A DNA stretch of 64,000 bases from Gemmatimonadota bacterium (GTDB taxonomy: Bacteria; Gemmatimonadota; Gemmatimonadetes; Gemmatimonadales; GWC2-71-9), in the NCBI GenBank assembly GCA_016704275.1, contig JADJAK010000001.1:496985-560984 (forward strand). The letters run 5' to 3'. Below are positions 37,362-47,938 of the stretch, piece by piece (within the stretch, counting starts at the first letter, position 1; each line of letters starts with the position of its first letter). Below the pieces are notes generated by a model, which was given only the letters and a program-made list of their open reading frames with translations, was not told where the DNA came from and searched no databases. Made by a program: the position numbers and the translations under genes.

Positions 37362-37436
37362 TCGGGGCGAGAGGATTTGAACCTCCGGCCTCCTGCTCCC
37401 GAAGCAGGCGCGCTAACCGGGCTGCGCTACGCCCCG
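37362..37436 (-). tRNA. tRNA-Pro (anticodon CGG)
   Basis: CGGGGCG/CGCCCCG acceptor, anticodon stem-loop CCTGC-TTCGGGA-GCAGG, T-loop TTCAAAT. 75 nt. Confidence 0.9.
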
Positions 37437-37474
37437 AATACTCTGTTGGTGCCGACGGACGGCACCGCACTGCA

Positions 37475-37548
37475 TGGGCCCAAAGGGAGTCGAACCCCTA
37501 ACCTTCTGATCCGTAGTCAGATGCTCTATCCAGTTGAGCTATGGACCC
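37475..37548 (-). tRNA. tRNA-Arg (anticodon ACG)
   Basis: GGGTCCA/TGGGCCC acceptor, anticodon stem-loop TCTGA-CTACGGA-TCAGA, T-loop TTCGACT. 74 nt. Confidence 0.9.
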
Positions 37549-37576
37549 CTACCCCTGCAACTGCAACTCGAATCCA

Positions 37577-37650
37577 TGGGCGGTACAAGACTCGAACTTG
37601 TGACCTCCACGATGTCAACGTGGCGCTCTAACCAACTGAGCTAACCGCCC
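37577..37650 (-). tRNA. tRNA-Val (anticodon GAC)
   Basis: GGGCGGT/ACCGCCC acceptor, anticodon stem-loop CCACG-TTGACAT-CGTGG, T-loop TTCGAGT. 74 nt. Confidence 0.9.
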
Positions 37651-37704
37651 GATCACAACAACGGGCAGACGACCCTGGGGCCGACTGCCCGTCGCCGTCC
37701 TGCA

Positions 37705-37778
37705 TGGCGGGGGTGGGATTTGAACCCACGACCTCCGGGTTATGAGCCCGGCGAGCTACCAGACTGCTCCACCCCGCG
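37705..37778 (-). tRNA. initiator tRNA-fMet (anticodon CAT)
   Basis: Near-identical to the E. coli tRNAfMet layout as I recall it. 5' CGCGGGG with an unpaired 1:72 position (C1 opposite C72). Three consecutive G:C pairs closing the anticodon loop (CCGGG-CTCATAA-CCCGG). 74 nt. Confidence 0.85.
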
Positions 37779-37795
37779 ACGTTTTCTCTGCTCAG

Positions 37796-37868
37796 AGCGG
37801 GAAACGGGACTCGAACCCGCGACCCCAACCTTGGCAAGGTTGTGCTCTACCAACTGAGCTATTCCCGC
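37796..37868 (-). tRNA. tRNA-Gly (anticodon GCC)
   Basis: GCGGGAA/TTCCCGC acceptor, discriminator U, anticodon stem-loop CAACC-TTGCCAA-GGTTG. 73 nt. Confidence 0.9.
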
Positions 37869-37949
37869 AACTTCCCGATCAAGGGAGGCCCAACCTACCC
37901 GGCCCCTCGACTCTACGCAACCGGTCGACCTTCCAACCGGTCGTGGGAG

Positions 37950-38022
<73 letters not shown>

Positions 38023-38074
38023 CATTACCTTTGCGCCCCGGTTCACCATCCCGACGGGCCCTCGGTAGCACGAG

Positions 38075-38103
38075 AAGCTATCCGGCGCCGACGGGAGTGT
38101 CAA
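38075..38103 (-). promoter_or_regulatory. candidate sigma70-type promoter of the tRNA operon
   Basis: Minus strand reads TTGACA-N17-TAGCTT, about 50 nt upstream of tRNA-Ala. The -35 is perfect and the -10 is weak (TAnnnT). Confidence 0.4.
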
Positions 38104-38157
38104 GGAAACCCGGGGCGTTCATACAGTCCCGCCACAGCGAGTTATCGTTCCTGCGCC

Positions 38158-39159
38158 ATGCTGAGCAGCCCCCTTCCCCCCGATCCCGACGACGCCCTCC
38201 CCGACGCCCCACTCGTCCCGCGCCCCGCGCTGGCCGAGCTGCCGTCGCTGTCGGAGATCCTGGCCACGGGTGCTCCGACCCTCCGCACCCGCCGCAAGCG
38301 CGAGACCGCCCGCTCCCTCGGCGTCTTCGACGGCGATCGTGACATTCTCGACCAGTACCTCCACGAGGTGTCGCGCACGCCCCTGTTGACGCAGGCGCAG
38401 GAGATCGCGATCGCGCGCCGCGTGCAGGCCGGCGACGAGGAGTCGATGCAGGAACTGGTGAAGCGCAATCTCCGCTTCGTCATCTCCGTCGCCAAGAAAT
38501 ATCAGAACCGCGGCCTCGCCCTCACCGACCTCATCGGCGAAGGCAACATCGGCCTGATGACCGCCGCCCGAAAGTTCGATCCCGATCAGGGCGTGAAGTT
38601 CATCTCGTACGCGGTGTGGTGGATCCGGCAGTCGATCCTCGCCGCGCTCGCGCGCCACGGCCGCACCGTGCGCGTCCCGCTCAATCGCACCGCCGATCTC
38701 TCGCGGATCATCAAGAGCACCGAGACCCTGCGCCAGGAACTGCGGCGCGAACCGACCCCCGAGGAAGTCGCCAAGGCGACCAACCTCACGGTCGAGGTGG
38801 TGCAGGCCCTCGCCGCGCTCAACACCGCCGAGGTCCGCCTCGATGCGCCACTCGACATGGACGGCGATCGCACGCTGATCGATCGCTTCCTCGCCGACGG
38901 CCCGGGCAACACCGAGCAGGAAGTGATGGACCGCTTCCTCACCGAGGAAGTCGAGCGCGCGCTCCGCTCCTTGCCGCCGCGCGACTCCAAGGTGCTCCGG
39001 CTCTACTTCGGTCTCGATGGCGGGCGCGAACACACCCTCGAAGAGATCGGCGGCATGCTCGGCGTCACCCGCGAACGGGTCCGCCAGCTCCGCGACCGCG
39101 CGCTCAAGCGGCTCAAGGAAGGTGACGTCGGCCGCGCCCTCGCGTCGTTCGCCGCATGA
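38158..39159 (+). CDS. RNA polymerase sigma-70 family factor, RpoD-like (regions 1.2-4; possibly the housekeeping sigma of an FCB-type organism)
   Basis: 'ILDQYLHEVSRTPLLT' (1.2), 'NLRFVISVAKKYQNRGLALTDLIGEGNIGLMTAARKFD', 'FISYAVWWIRQSI' (2.x), 'TPEEVA' (3), 'TLEEIGGMLGVTRERVRQLRDRALKRL' (4.2). Confidence 0.88.
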   Translation: MLSSPLPPDPDDALPDAPLVPRPALAELPSLSEILATGAPTLRTRRKRETARSLGVFDGDRDILDQYLHEVSRTPLLTQAQEIAIARRVQAGDEESMQELVKRNLRFVISVAKKYQNRGLALTDLIGEGNIGLMTAARKFDPDQGVKFISYAVWWIRQSILAALARHGRTVRVPLNRTADLSRIIKSTETLRQELRREPTPEEVAKATNLTVEVVQALAALNTAEVRLDAPLDMDGDRTLIDRFLADGPGNTEQEVMDRFLTEEVERALRSLPPRDSKVLRLYFGLDGGREHTLEEIGGMLGVTRERVRQLRDRALKRLKEGDVGRALASFAA

Positions 39160-39875
39160 TAGCTGCGCTCGGCGTCGCCACCCGACGCACCGCGCGTGCA
39201 CTCAGTGAGCGCGACGTCTGGGGTCCGCTCCTCCTCCCGCAGATGCGCCGCCTCGGCGTCGATTCCATTCCGATCGCCCTCTTCATCGCCACCTTCACCG
39301 GCATCGTCCTCGCCCTCCTTGCCTCGTACATCTTCACCGGCACGGTGCCGGTGTATTTCGTCGGCGCACTGGTCGGCAAGACGATCATGATGGAGCTCGG
39401 GCCGGTGCTCACCGGGATGGCACTCGCCGGCCGCGTCGGCGCGTCGATCGCCGCCGAACTCGGCACCATGAAGGTGACCGAACAGGTCGACGCGTTGGAG
39501 ACGTTGGCGTACAGTCCCGACAGCTACCTCGTCGTGCCGCGCGTCCTCGCCGCGACCCTGATGTTCCCCGTGGTCACCGCCTTCGCGATTGCGCTCGGCG
39601 TCATCGCGGGATGGGTCACCGCGATCAACCTCCTCGACCTCACCACGCTCGAGTTCACCAAGGGGCTGCGCGCGTTCTACGAGTTCAAGGATGTCTGGTT
39701 CGGGTTGCTGAAGGCGGCGTCGTTCGGCGGCGCGGTGGCGCTGATGGGCTGCCTCCGCGGATTGCGCGCCGGTGGCGGAGCGGAAGGCGTCGGTCGCGAG
39801 ACGACGCGCGCCGTCGTGCTCGGCTGCGAGGCGATCCTGGTGCTCGACGCCTTCTGGGCGGTGGTGCTGCTGTGA
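39156..39875 (+). CDS. mlaE: ABC transporter permease, MlaE/Ttg2B family
   Basis: ATGA overlap with the sigma gene. 'LGVDSIPIALFIATFTGIVLAL', 'GRVGASIAAELGTMKVTEQVDALETLA'. These are MlaE hallmark blocks. Confidence 0.85.
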   Translation: MIAALGVATRRTARALSERDVWGPLLLPQMRRLGVDSIPIALFIATFTGIVLALLASYIFTGTVPVYFVGALVGKTIMMELGPVLTGMALAGRVGASIAAELGTMKVTEQVDALETLAYSPDSYLVVPRVLAATLMFPVVTAFAIALGVIAGWVTAINLLDLTTLEFTKGLRAFYEFKDVWFGLLKAASFGGAVALMGCLRGLRAGGGAEGVGRETTRAVVLGCEAILVLDAFWAVVLL

Positions 39876-40597
39876 TCCGCTTCGTCGACGTCCACAAGCG
39901 TTTCGGCGACCGCGTGGTGCTCGACGGTTTTTCGCTCGACGTCCCCGATGGCCAGACCACCGTCCTCCTCGGCGCCTCGGGCGCCGGGAAGAGCGTGACG
40001 CTCAAGCACGTCGTCGGCCTGATCACCCCAGATGCCGGCCACGTGGAGGTCGACGGCCAGCGCGTCGACACGCTCGACCCGGCCGGGTTGGCCGCCCTGC
40101 GCCGGACGATCGGCTACGTCTTCCAGTTCGCCGCCCTCTTCGATTCGCTGACGATCGCCGACAACCTCCGCTTGGGGCTGGTCCGTCAGGCGCTGGGTGC
40201 GGACGAGATCGCCCATCGGGTGCAGGAGGCGCTGGCGCATGTCGGGCTCGCCGATTCGGCCGAGCGCTTTCCGGCGGAGCTGTCGGGGGGGATGCGGAAG
40301 CGGGCGGGGATCGCCCGCGCCATCGCGCTGCGCCCGCGTTACATTCTCTGGGATGAGCCGACCACCGGCCTCGACCCCGTGACAGCTGCCACCATGGATC
40401 GCCTGATGCGGCGCACGGCCGAGGAACTCGGGGTCACCAGCGTGGTCGTGACCCACGACATGCGCTCTGCCTTCACCGTCGGCGACCGGATCGCGATGCT
40501 ACATCACGGCACGCTGCGCACTGTCGGGACCGTTGCCGAAATCAAGGCGACGACGGATCCGGTGGTCCGCCAATTCATCGAAGGGCTGCCCGAATGA
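39872..40597 (+). CDS. mlaF: ABC transporter ATP-binding protein, MlaF family
   Basis: GTGA overlap with mlaE. Walker A 'GASGAGKS', signature 'LSGGMRKRAGIARA', Walker B 'ILWDEPTTGLD'. Only the last 241 codons of ORF 39611..40597 are coding. Confidence 0.9.
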   Translation: MIRFVDVHKRFGDRVVLDGFSLDVPDGQTTVLLGASGAGKSVTLKHVVGLITPDAGHVEVDGQRVDTLDPAGLAALRRTIGYVFQFAALFDSLTIADNLRLGLVRQALGADEIAHRVQEALAHVGLADSAERFPAELSGGMRKRAGIARAIALRPRYILWDEPTTGLDPVTAATMDRLMRRTAEELGVTSVVVTHDMRSAFTVGDRIAMLHHGTLRTVGTVAEIKATTDPVVRQFIEGLPE

Positions 40598-41600
40598 GTC
40601 GCCGGAGCGACTTCTCGGTCGGCCTCGCCGTCGTCGGCGCCCTCGCGGTGGTGATCGTGGCGGCCCTTTGGCTCGGCGACCTCGGCCCGCGCGGTCCCAA
40701 GTCGCTGCACACGGCACGCTTCCGCACGGTCGGCGGCGTGAAGGTCGGCGACCCGGTCGTGCTGCGCGGCGTGAAGGTCGGTCGGGTCGAGGCGATTCGC
40801 CTGGCCGCCGATGACTGGGTCGAGACCGATCTCCGGATGAGCGCGCCAGAGGAAGTCCCCGAGCGCGCGGTGGCGATTGCGGTGTCGGCGTCGCTCTTCG
40901 GCGAGTGGCAGATCGCCGTGATGGACTCGGCGCGTGCCCCGGCCGACCCCGACGTGCAGAAGGCGCTCACCGAGGCGCGCAGCGGGCGGGGACGTCGTGG
41001 CCGGGCGCCACGCTGCCGGACATCGGCCAGCTCACCGCGCAGGCCTCGCGCATTGCCGGCGACATCGCCGCGGTGACGGCGCGCGTGCAGGACGCCGTCG
41101 ACTCGCAGGCGATCGGTGACATCCGCGGGTCGGTGCGCGACCTCCGCCGAATGGCCGATCAGCTGCTCTCGTTCACGCAGCGCCAGACGGCCTCGATGGA
41201 CAAGGTCGTCGGCAACGCTGCCAACTCGTCGGATGACATCGCCAAGGCGTCGAAGCATCTCGACGCGACCCTCTCGCGCATCGATTCGTCGACGTCCTCG
41301 GGCGAGCTCTCCGCCCTGGTGGCCGACGCGCGCAGCGCCACCGGTGAGCTGAAGGCCGCCAGCGGCGACCTGCGCCTCTTGACCACCGCCGCCGCCCAGC
41401 AGCGCGACAAGATGGTGCACATCCTCACCGCGACCGACGACGTGCTCACCCGGTTGCAGCAGGGCCAAGGCACCCTCGGCCTGCTCACCTCCGACTCGAC
41501 GCTCTATCGCGAGACCACCAAGACCGTGGTGCAACTGCGCACGCTGCTGGCGGATATCCAGGCCAACCCGCGGCGGTATTTCAGGTTCTCCGTCTTCTAG
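40594..41600 (+). pseudogene. mlaD: MCE/MlaD-family substrate-binding protein, split by a frame change near 40981-41005
   Basis: ORF 40594..41076 has a TM anchor plus the MCE domain ('FRTVGGVKVGDPVVLRGVKVGRVEAI'), then degenerates into Arg-rich junk. ORF 40905..41600 resumes with 'WPGATLPDIGQLTAQASRIAGDI...' and a long coiled-coil C-terminus. The junction lies at G-runs (gcgggcggggac). Confidence 0.8.
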
Positions 41601-41603
41601 GCA

Positions 41604-41694
41604 GTCGTTAGTCGTTGGTCGTTAGTCATAGGGGCTCCGGCCCGTGAGATCATCGATGGCGCGCCCCAACGACTAACGACTAACGACCAACGAC
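41604..41694. repeat. heptad inverted-repeat element (GTCGTTA arms)
   Basis: Left arm GTCGTTA-GTCGTTG-GTCGTTA-GTCATAG-G at 41604-41631, 3 nt after the mlaD TAG. Right arm AACGACTAACGACTAACGACCAACGAC at 41668-41694. Spacer of about 36 nt. Confidence 0.9.
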
Positions 41695-41704
41695 TTCGAG
41701 CCCC

Positions 41705-42214
41705 ATGGCCTCCAAAAAGCGCGCCGAACGTGAAGTCTCTGCCGGTGGCATCGTCTTTCGACGAGATGCCGACGGGACACCGCGCTTTCTCCTCATTCGC
41801 GACAGCTATCAGCACTGGGGCTTCCCGAAGGGCCACCTCGAGGACGAGGAGAGCCCGGCCTCGGCGGCGATGCGCGAGACGCGGGAAGAGACCGGCCTCG
41901 AGCAGCTGGTGATGGTCGGGCCGATTCGATTGATCGATTGGCACTTCCGCTTCCGTGGTCGCTACATCCACAAGTTCTGCCACTTCTTCCTCTTCGAGTC
42001 GGCAGCGGGCGAGGCCGTGCCCCAGGTCGAAGAGGGGATCACGGCGGTGCGCTGGGAGCTGCTCGACAAGGCGCTCGAGGTGCTCAGCTACGACAATGCG
42101 CGTGGCGTGTTGCGTCGTGGCGCCGAGATGGCGCGCGCGCTGGTCGCGGTCGGCGCCGGGCGTCCGCCGCGCCCTCGTCCCGCCCCGCTCCCGATCCCGC
42201 CGGCCGGGGAGTAG
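41705..42214 (+). CDS. NUDIX hydrolase
   Basis: Nudix box 'GFPKGHLEDEESPASAAMRETREETGL'. 169 aa. Confidence 0.88.
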   Translation: MASKKRAEREVSAGGIVFRRDADGTPRFLLIRDSYQHWGFPKGHLEDEESPASAAMRETREETGLEQLVMVGPIRLIDWHFRFRGRYIHKFCHFFLFESAAGEAVPQVEEGITAVRWELLDKALEVLSYDNARGVLRRGAEMARALVAVGAGRPPRPRPAPLPIPPAGE

Positions 42215-42219
42215 CGGCG

Positions 42220-42990
42220 ATGGCACTCGCCGTCGCCGCGCTCCTCGAGCGACGGCCGGCGGCGCTGGCGGCGCGCCGAGCGCTCTCCGCCGCCGGGATC
42301 CACCTCACCGTCGCCCGATCACCTGCCCACCTCGCCACCCTGCTCGGCCGCGAACTCCTCGATGCCGTCCTGATCGGCCTGGACGCCGCCCGCGGCCCGG
42401 CCCTCGACGCGCTTCGCGCCGATTACCCCGCCATCCCGTTGCTGCTCTTCGCGCCCGTGCGTGCCGAGGACGCTGGCGTCCTGCTCCGGGCGGCGCGGGA
42501 GCGCGTGGCGGCGCTGGCGGTCGAGGGGCTCGACGAGCCGGTCCTGGCCCGACTGGTCCACCGGCATGGGGTGGCGGCCCGGCGCCGGGATGCCCTCCTG
42601 CCCCTCGCCCCGGCCCTCGGGCTCACCGACGACCTGCAACAGAAGGCGTGGGCGCTGGTGGTCAGCGAGGCCCCATTGGGGCTGACCACCGCCGCCTTGG
42701 CCAAGCGGCTCAGGGTGTCCCGCGAGACCCTCTCCCGGCGCTTCGCGGCCGGCGGGGCACCATCGCTCAAGCAGGCGATCGACGGCGTCCGCCTGGTGGC
42801 GGCCTCGCAGCTGTTGGGCAACCCCGCCTACCGGGTCGACGACGTCGCCCGGCTGCTCGGATTTACCTCCTCCTCGCTGCTCCACCGGACCGCGCGGCGG
42901 GCCTTCGGGGTCCCCCTCCGGGAGGTCGCCCATCTGGACGGGATGCCGCTGGCAGAGCGGCTCCGCGGGGCACCGGCCGGGTGGCGCTGA
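42220..42990 (+). CDS. AraC-family HTH transcriptional regulator with receiver-like N-terminal domain
   Basis: C-terminus 'LTTAALAKRLRVSRETLSRRF...SLKQAIDGVRLVAASQLLGNPAYRVDDVARLLGFTSSSLLHRTARRAFG' is the AraC double HTH. Start at 'MALAVAALL' (aa 95 of the track ORF). Confidence 0.78.
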   Translation: MALAVAALLERRPAALAARRALSAAGIHLTVARSPAHLATLLGRELLDAVLIGLDAARGPALDALRADYPAIPLLLFAPVRAEDAGVLLRAARERVAALAVEGLDEPVLARLVHRHGVAARRRDALLPLAPALGLTDDLQQKAWALVVSEAPLGLTTAALAKRLRVSRETLSRRFAAGGAPSLKQAIDGVRLVAASQLLGNPAYRVDDVARLLGFTSSSLLHRTARRAFGVPLREVAHLDGMPLAERLRGAPAGWR

Positions 42991-43016
42991 GTCCCGAGTG
43001 AGGTAGTCGGCTTCCC

Positions 43017-43048
43017 TTGTCCCGTTGGGCTTTGTGACTATTTTCACA
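43017..43048 (+). promoter_or_regulatory. candidate atp promoter (TTGTCC-N16-TATTTT) overlapped by a perfect CRP-type palindrome TGTGA-N6-TCACA
   Basis: -35 at 43017-43022 and -10 at 43039-43044. The palindrome TGTGActatttTCACA is at 43033-43048. All lie about 50 nt upstream of the atpA ATG. Confidence 0.4.
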
Positions 43049-43095
43049 AGCTGTCTTCGGGACCCTGTATTTCCACCTCTTTGCGACTGAGTGCC

Positions 43096-44673
43096 ATGGC
43101 CACGGATTCGATGCTGCGCCCCGGCGAGCTGAAGGACATTCTCCTCAAGGAGATCGAGGCAGCTGACCTCGGCTCCATGGACGTGAACGATGTCGGTACC
43201 GTCCTCGAAGTGAAGGACGGGGTCGCGCTGATCTACGGGCTCCGCCGGGCAATCGCCGGCGAGATGCTCGAGTTCACGGCGCGCGAGACCGGCGAGACGA
43301 TCACCGGCCTGGTGCTCAACCTGGAACAGGATTCGGTCGGCGCCGCGATCATGGGCGACTACCTGAAGCTCAAGGAAGGCGACGAGGTGCGCTGCACCGG
43401 CCGCCTCCTCGACGTGCAGGTCGGTCCGGCCATCCTCGGTCGCGTCGTGGACGGCCTCGGCCGCCCGGTCGACGGCCTCGGCGCGATCGAGACGATCAAT
43501 GCCCGACCGGTCGAGATGATCGCCCCGGGCATCATCGTCCGGCAGCCGGTCACCGAGCCGATGCAGACGGGCATCAAGGCGATCGACGCCATGATCCCGA
43601 TCGGCCGCGGCCAGCGCGAACTGATCATCGGCGACCGTGGCACCGGCAAGACCGCCATCGCGATCGACACGATCATCAACCAGAAGGGCACCGGCGTCGT
43701 CTGCGTCTACGTCGCCATCGGGCAGAAGCGCTCGACGGTCGCGACGGTCGTGGAGAAGCTCAAGGAAGCCGGCGCGATGGAGTACACCGTCGTCGTCGTC
43801 GCCTCGGCCTCGGACCCGGCGCCGCTGCAGTTCATCGCCCCGTACGTCGGTTGCGCCATCGCCGAGTATTTCATGTACGAAGAGGGGAAGGCGACCCTCT
43901 GCGTGTACGACGACCTCTCCAAGCAGGCCGCCGCGTACCGGCAGATGTCGCTGATTCTCCGCCGTCCCCCGGGCCGCGAAGCGTATCCGGGCGACATCTT
44001 CTATCTCCACTCGCGCCTCCTCGAGCGCGCCGCGAAGATCAGCACCGATCCGGAGCTGACCAAGAACGACCCGCGCATCAAGGTGCCGGGCGGTTCGCTC
44101 ACGGCGCTGCCGATCATCGAGACGCAGGCCGGCGACGTCTCGGCCTACATCCCGACCAACGTGATCTCGATCACGGACGGGCAGATCTTCCTGCAGACCG
44201 ACCTCTTCTACGCCAACGTCCGTCCGGCCGTCGACGTCGGCATCTCGGTGTCGCGCGTCGGTGGCAATGCGCAGATCAAGGCGATGAAGCAGGTCGCCGG
44301 TCCGCTCCGCCTCTCGCTGGCGCAGTACCGTGAGCTCGAGGCGTTCGCGCAGTTCGGCTCCGACCTCGACGCCGCCACGCAGCGTCAGCTGGCGCGTGGC
44401 GCCCGCATGGTCGAGATCCTCAAGCAGCCGCAGTACGCCCCGGTCCCGGTCGAAGAGCAGATCGTCGCGCTCTACGCGGTGACCAACGGCTTCCTCGACG
44501 GCGTCGATGTCAAGGCGATCCGGAAGTGGGAAGCGGACTTCCTCGCCTGGGCGCGCGTGTCGCGGCCGCAGGTGTTGCAGCTGGTGCGCGAGAAGAAGGC
44601 GCTCACCGACGAAGTCACCGGCGAGCTGCGGGCGGCGATCGACGCGTTCACCCCGATGTTCGCGCCGGCCTGA
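43096..44673 (+). CDS. atpA: F0F1 ATP synthase subunit alpha
   Basis: '[18 protein letters not shown]' Walker A, '[28 protein letters not shown]' and related blocks. Start at '[11 protein letters not shown]'. Confidence 0.95.
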   Translation: MATDSMLRPGELKDILLKEIEAADLGSMDVNDVGTVLEVKDGVALIYGLRRAIAGEMLEFTARETGETITGLVLNLEQDSVGAAIMGDYLKLKEGDEVRCTGRLLDVQVGPAILGRVVDGLGRPVDGLGAIETINARPVEMIAPGIIVRQPVTEPMQTGIKAIDAMIPIGRGQRELIIGDRGTGKTAIAIDTIINQKGTGVVCVYVAIGQKRSTVATVVEKLKEAGAMEYTVVVVASASDPAPLQFIAPYVGCAIAEYFMYEEGKATLCVYDDLSKQAAAYRQMSLILRRPPGREAYPGDIFYLHSRLLERAAKISTDPELTKNDPRIKVPGGSLTALPIIETQAGDVSAYIPTNVISITDGQIFLQTDLFYANVRPAVDVGISVSRVGGNAQIKAMKQVAGPLRLSLAQYRELEAFAQFGSDLDAATQRQLARGARMVEILKQPQYAPVPVEEQIVALYAVTNGFLDGVDVKAIRKWEADFLAWARVSRPQVLQLVREKKALTDEVTGELRAAIDAFTPMFAPA

Positions 44674-44674
44674 G

Positions 44675-45553
44675 ATGGCGACCAATCGCGCGCTCAAGGG
44701 ACGGATTCGTTCCGTCACCAACACGCGGAAGATCACGCGGACGATGGAGCTCGTCTCCACGTCCAAGCTGAAGCGCGCCCAGGACCGCGTGGTCGCCGCC
44801 CGGCCGTACGCCGAGGCGCTGCGCCAGGTCATTGCCGACCTGGTGACGCCGGAACTGGCGGAGCGCTTTCCGCTGCTGCGGAGTCCGCAGTCCCCGGCGA
44901 AGGGCGGGCCGTCGCGTGCGGTGATCATCCTCGTCACGTCGAATCGCGGGCTGGCGGGTGGCTTCAATGCCAACCTGATCAAGGAAGCCCGTCGTCGGAT
45001 CGACGCGCTCGAGGCCGAGGGCTATCAGGTCGAGCTCGTCGGGGTCGGCAAGAAGGGTATCGGCTTCTTCAAGTATCTCGGCCGCGCCTTCCGGAGCGAG
45101 CGCCCCGACATCGGCGACCGCCCGACGGCGGAGCATGCCGTCTCGCTGGTGCAGGACCTGATGGATGGCTTCGCCGACGGCAGCATCGGCGTCGTCGAAC
45201 TGGTGCAGTCGCGCTTCATCTCGGTGCTGAACTCGCCGCCGGCCACCATCCGCATCCTGCCGATCACGCCGCCCGAGCAGCAGGCCGGTGGCGTGCGTCC
45301 GGACTACATCCTGTCGCCCGATCCCGAGACGCTGCTGGAGCAGGTGCTCCCGCTCTACGTCCGGAACATGATGTACCGCGGCCTGGTCGAGACCGTGGCC
45401 GCAGAGCATGCGGCGCGCCGCACCGCGATGAAGAACGCCACCGACAACGCCGGCGACCTCATCGATGCGCTGAAGCGGACGTACAACCGCCAGCGTCAGG
45501 CGCAGATCACGCAGGAAATCGCCGAGCTGGTCGGCGGCGCTGCCGCACTTTAA
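44675..45553 (+). CDS. atpG: F0F1 ATP synthase subunit gamma
   Basis: 'MATNRALKGRIRSVTNTRKITRTMELVSTSKLKRAQ' and C-terminus 'YNRQRQAQITQEIAELVGGAAAL'. Start is 2 nt after the atpA stop. Confidence 0.93.
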   Translation: MATNRALKGRIRSVTNTRKITRTMELVSTSKLKRAQDRVVAARPYAEALRQVIADLVTPELAERFPLLRSPQSPAKGGPSRAVIILVTSNRGLAGGFNANLIKEARRRIDALEAEGYQVELVGVGKKGIGFFKYLGRAFRSERPDIGDRPTAEHAVSLVQDLMDGFADGSIGVVELVQSRFISVLNSPPATIRILPITPPEQQAGGVRPDYILSPDPETLLEQVLPLYVRNMMYRGLVETVAAEHAARRTAMKNATDNAGDLIDALKRTYNRQRQAQITQEIAELVGGAAAL

Positions 45554-47041
<1,488 letters not shown>

Positions 47042-47042
<1 letters not shown>

Positions 47043-47299
47043 TGCGCGTCACCGTCATCTCCCCCGAGCGCGCGGTCTTCGATGGCCAGGCCGAGGCGGT
47101 CAGCGCCACGGCCTTCGACGGCGAGATCGGCATCCTGCCGAATCACGCGCCGCTGATGACCGTGCTCGGGACCGGCCCCCTCCGCATCCGCACCGCGGGC
47201 GGGGCCAGGACCTTCCATGTGCAAGGCGGGTTCCTGCAGGTCGTCTCCAACACGGTCCGCATTCTCGCGGAACAGATTTCAGGAGATGCCGATGCGTAA
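47042..47299 (+). CDS. atpC: F0F1 ATP synthase subunit epsilon (short, beta-sandwich only)
   Basis: 'VISPERAVFDGQAEAVSATAFDGEIGILPNHAPLMT...'. ATGA-type overlap with the atpD stop. 85 aa. Confidence 0.88.
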
Positions 47300-47906
47300 C
47301 ACGACCCTGCTGGTCCTTGCCACGCTCGCCTCGGCGCCGCTTGCGGCGCCGTCACTGCTTTCAGCCCAGTCCACCGGGACGCCGGTCTATGCCGCGCCGT
47401 ATCGCGCCTTCGGCCAGAACGAGATCGGCCTCTCGCTCTCCGATCCGGGCAACGGCTTCGCGCTCGAGGGCTCGTACCGCACCGCCTTCAACCGCACCGT
47501 CGACATCGGCTTCCGCGGTGGTCTCGCCGACGGCGGGCGCGGCAACAACAGCGCCCTCCTCCTCGGTTCCGATCTCCGCGCGCGTGTGCTCGACCACAAC
47601 CAGTCCTTCCCGCTCGACGGCTCGTTCACGCTCGGCGTCGGCGTGGCCTCGGGCGACGGCTACACCGTCGGCTATCTGCCGCTCGGCTTCACGATGGGTC
47701 GGCGTGTCCTGATTGAGGGGTCGTCGGCGTCGTTGGTGCCGTACGTGCATCCGGTGCTGATGCCGAAGTTCGGCGACGGCAGCGGGACCGATTTCTCGAT
47801 CGGCTTCGGGCTCGACGCCAAGCTGAACAACCGCCTCGACGTCCGCTTCTCGGCGGCGCTGGGTGATCGTGACGGCATCGCCTTCACGGTCGCATGGGTG
47901 CGCTGA
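47292..47906 (+). CDS. hypothetical secreted / outer-membrane beta-barrel-like protein (paralogue 1)
   Basis: Signal peptide 'MRNTTLLVLATLASAPLAAPSLLSAQ'. Gly/Ser/Leu-rich with an alternating pattern. Start overlaps the atpC end by 8 nt. Confidence 0.65.
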   Translation: MRNTTLLVLATLASAPLAAPSLLSAQSTGTPVYAAPYRAFGQNEIGLSLSDPGNGFALEGSYRTAFNRTVDIGFRGGLADGGRGNNSALLLGSDLRARVLDHNQSFPLDGSFTLGVGVASGDGYTVGYLPLGFTMGRRVLIEGSSASLVPYVHPVLMPKFGDGSGTDFSIGFGLDAKLNNRLDVRFSAALGDRDGIAFTVAWVR

Positions 47907-47938
47907 TCTCCCCCCTCGTCTCTTCGCGGAGTCGTCCG

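Noticed and set aside
42319-44982. 887-aa minus-strand ORF
   Set aside because: It is antisense to atpA and the AraC regulator, whose identities are unambiguous. The sequence is junk-like (R/G/D/H-rich).
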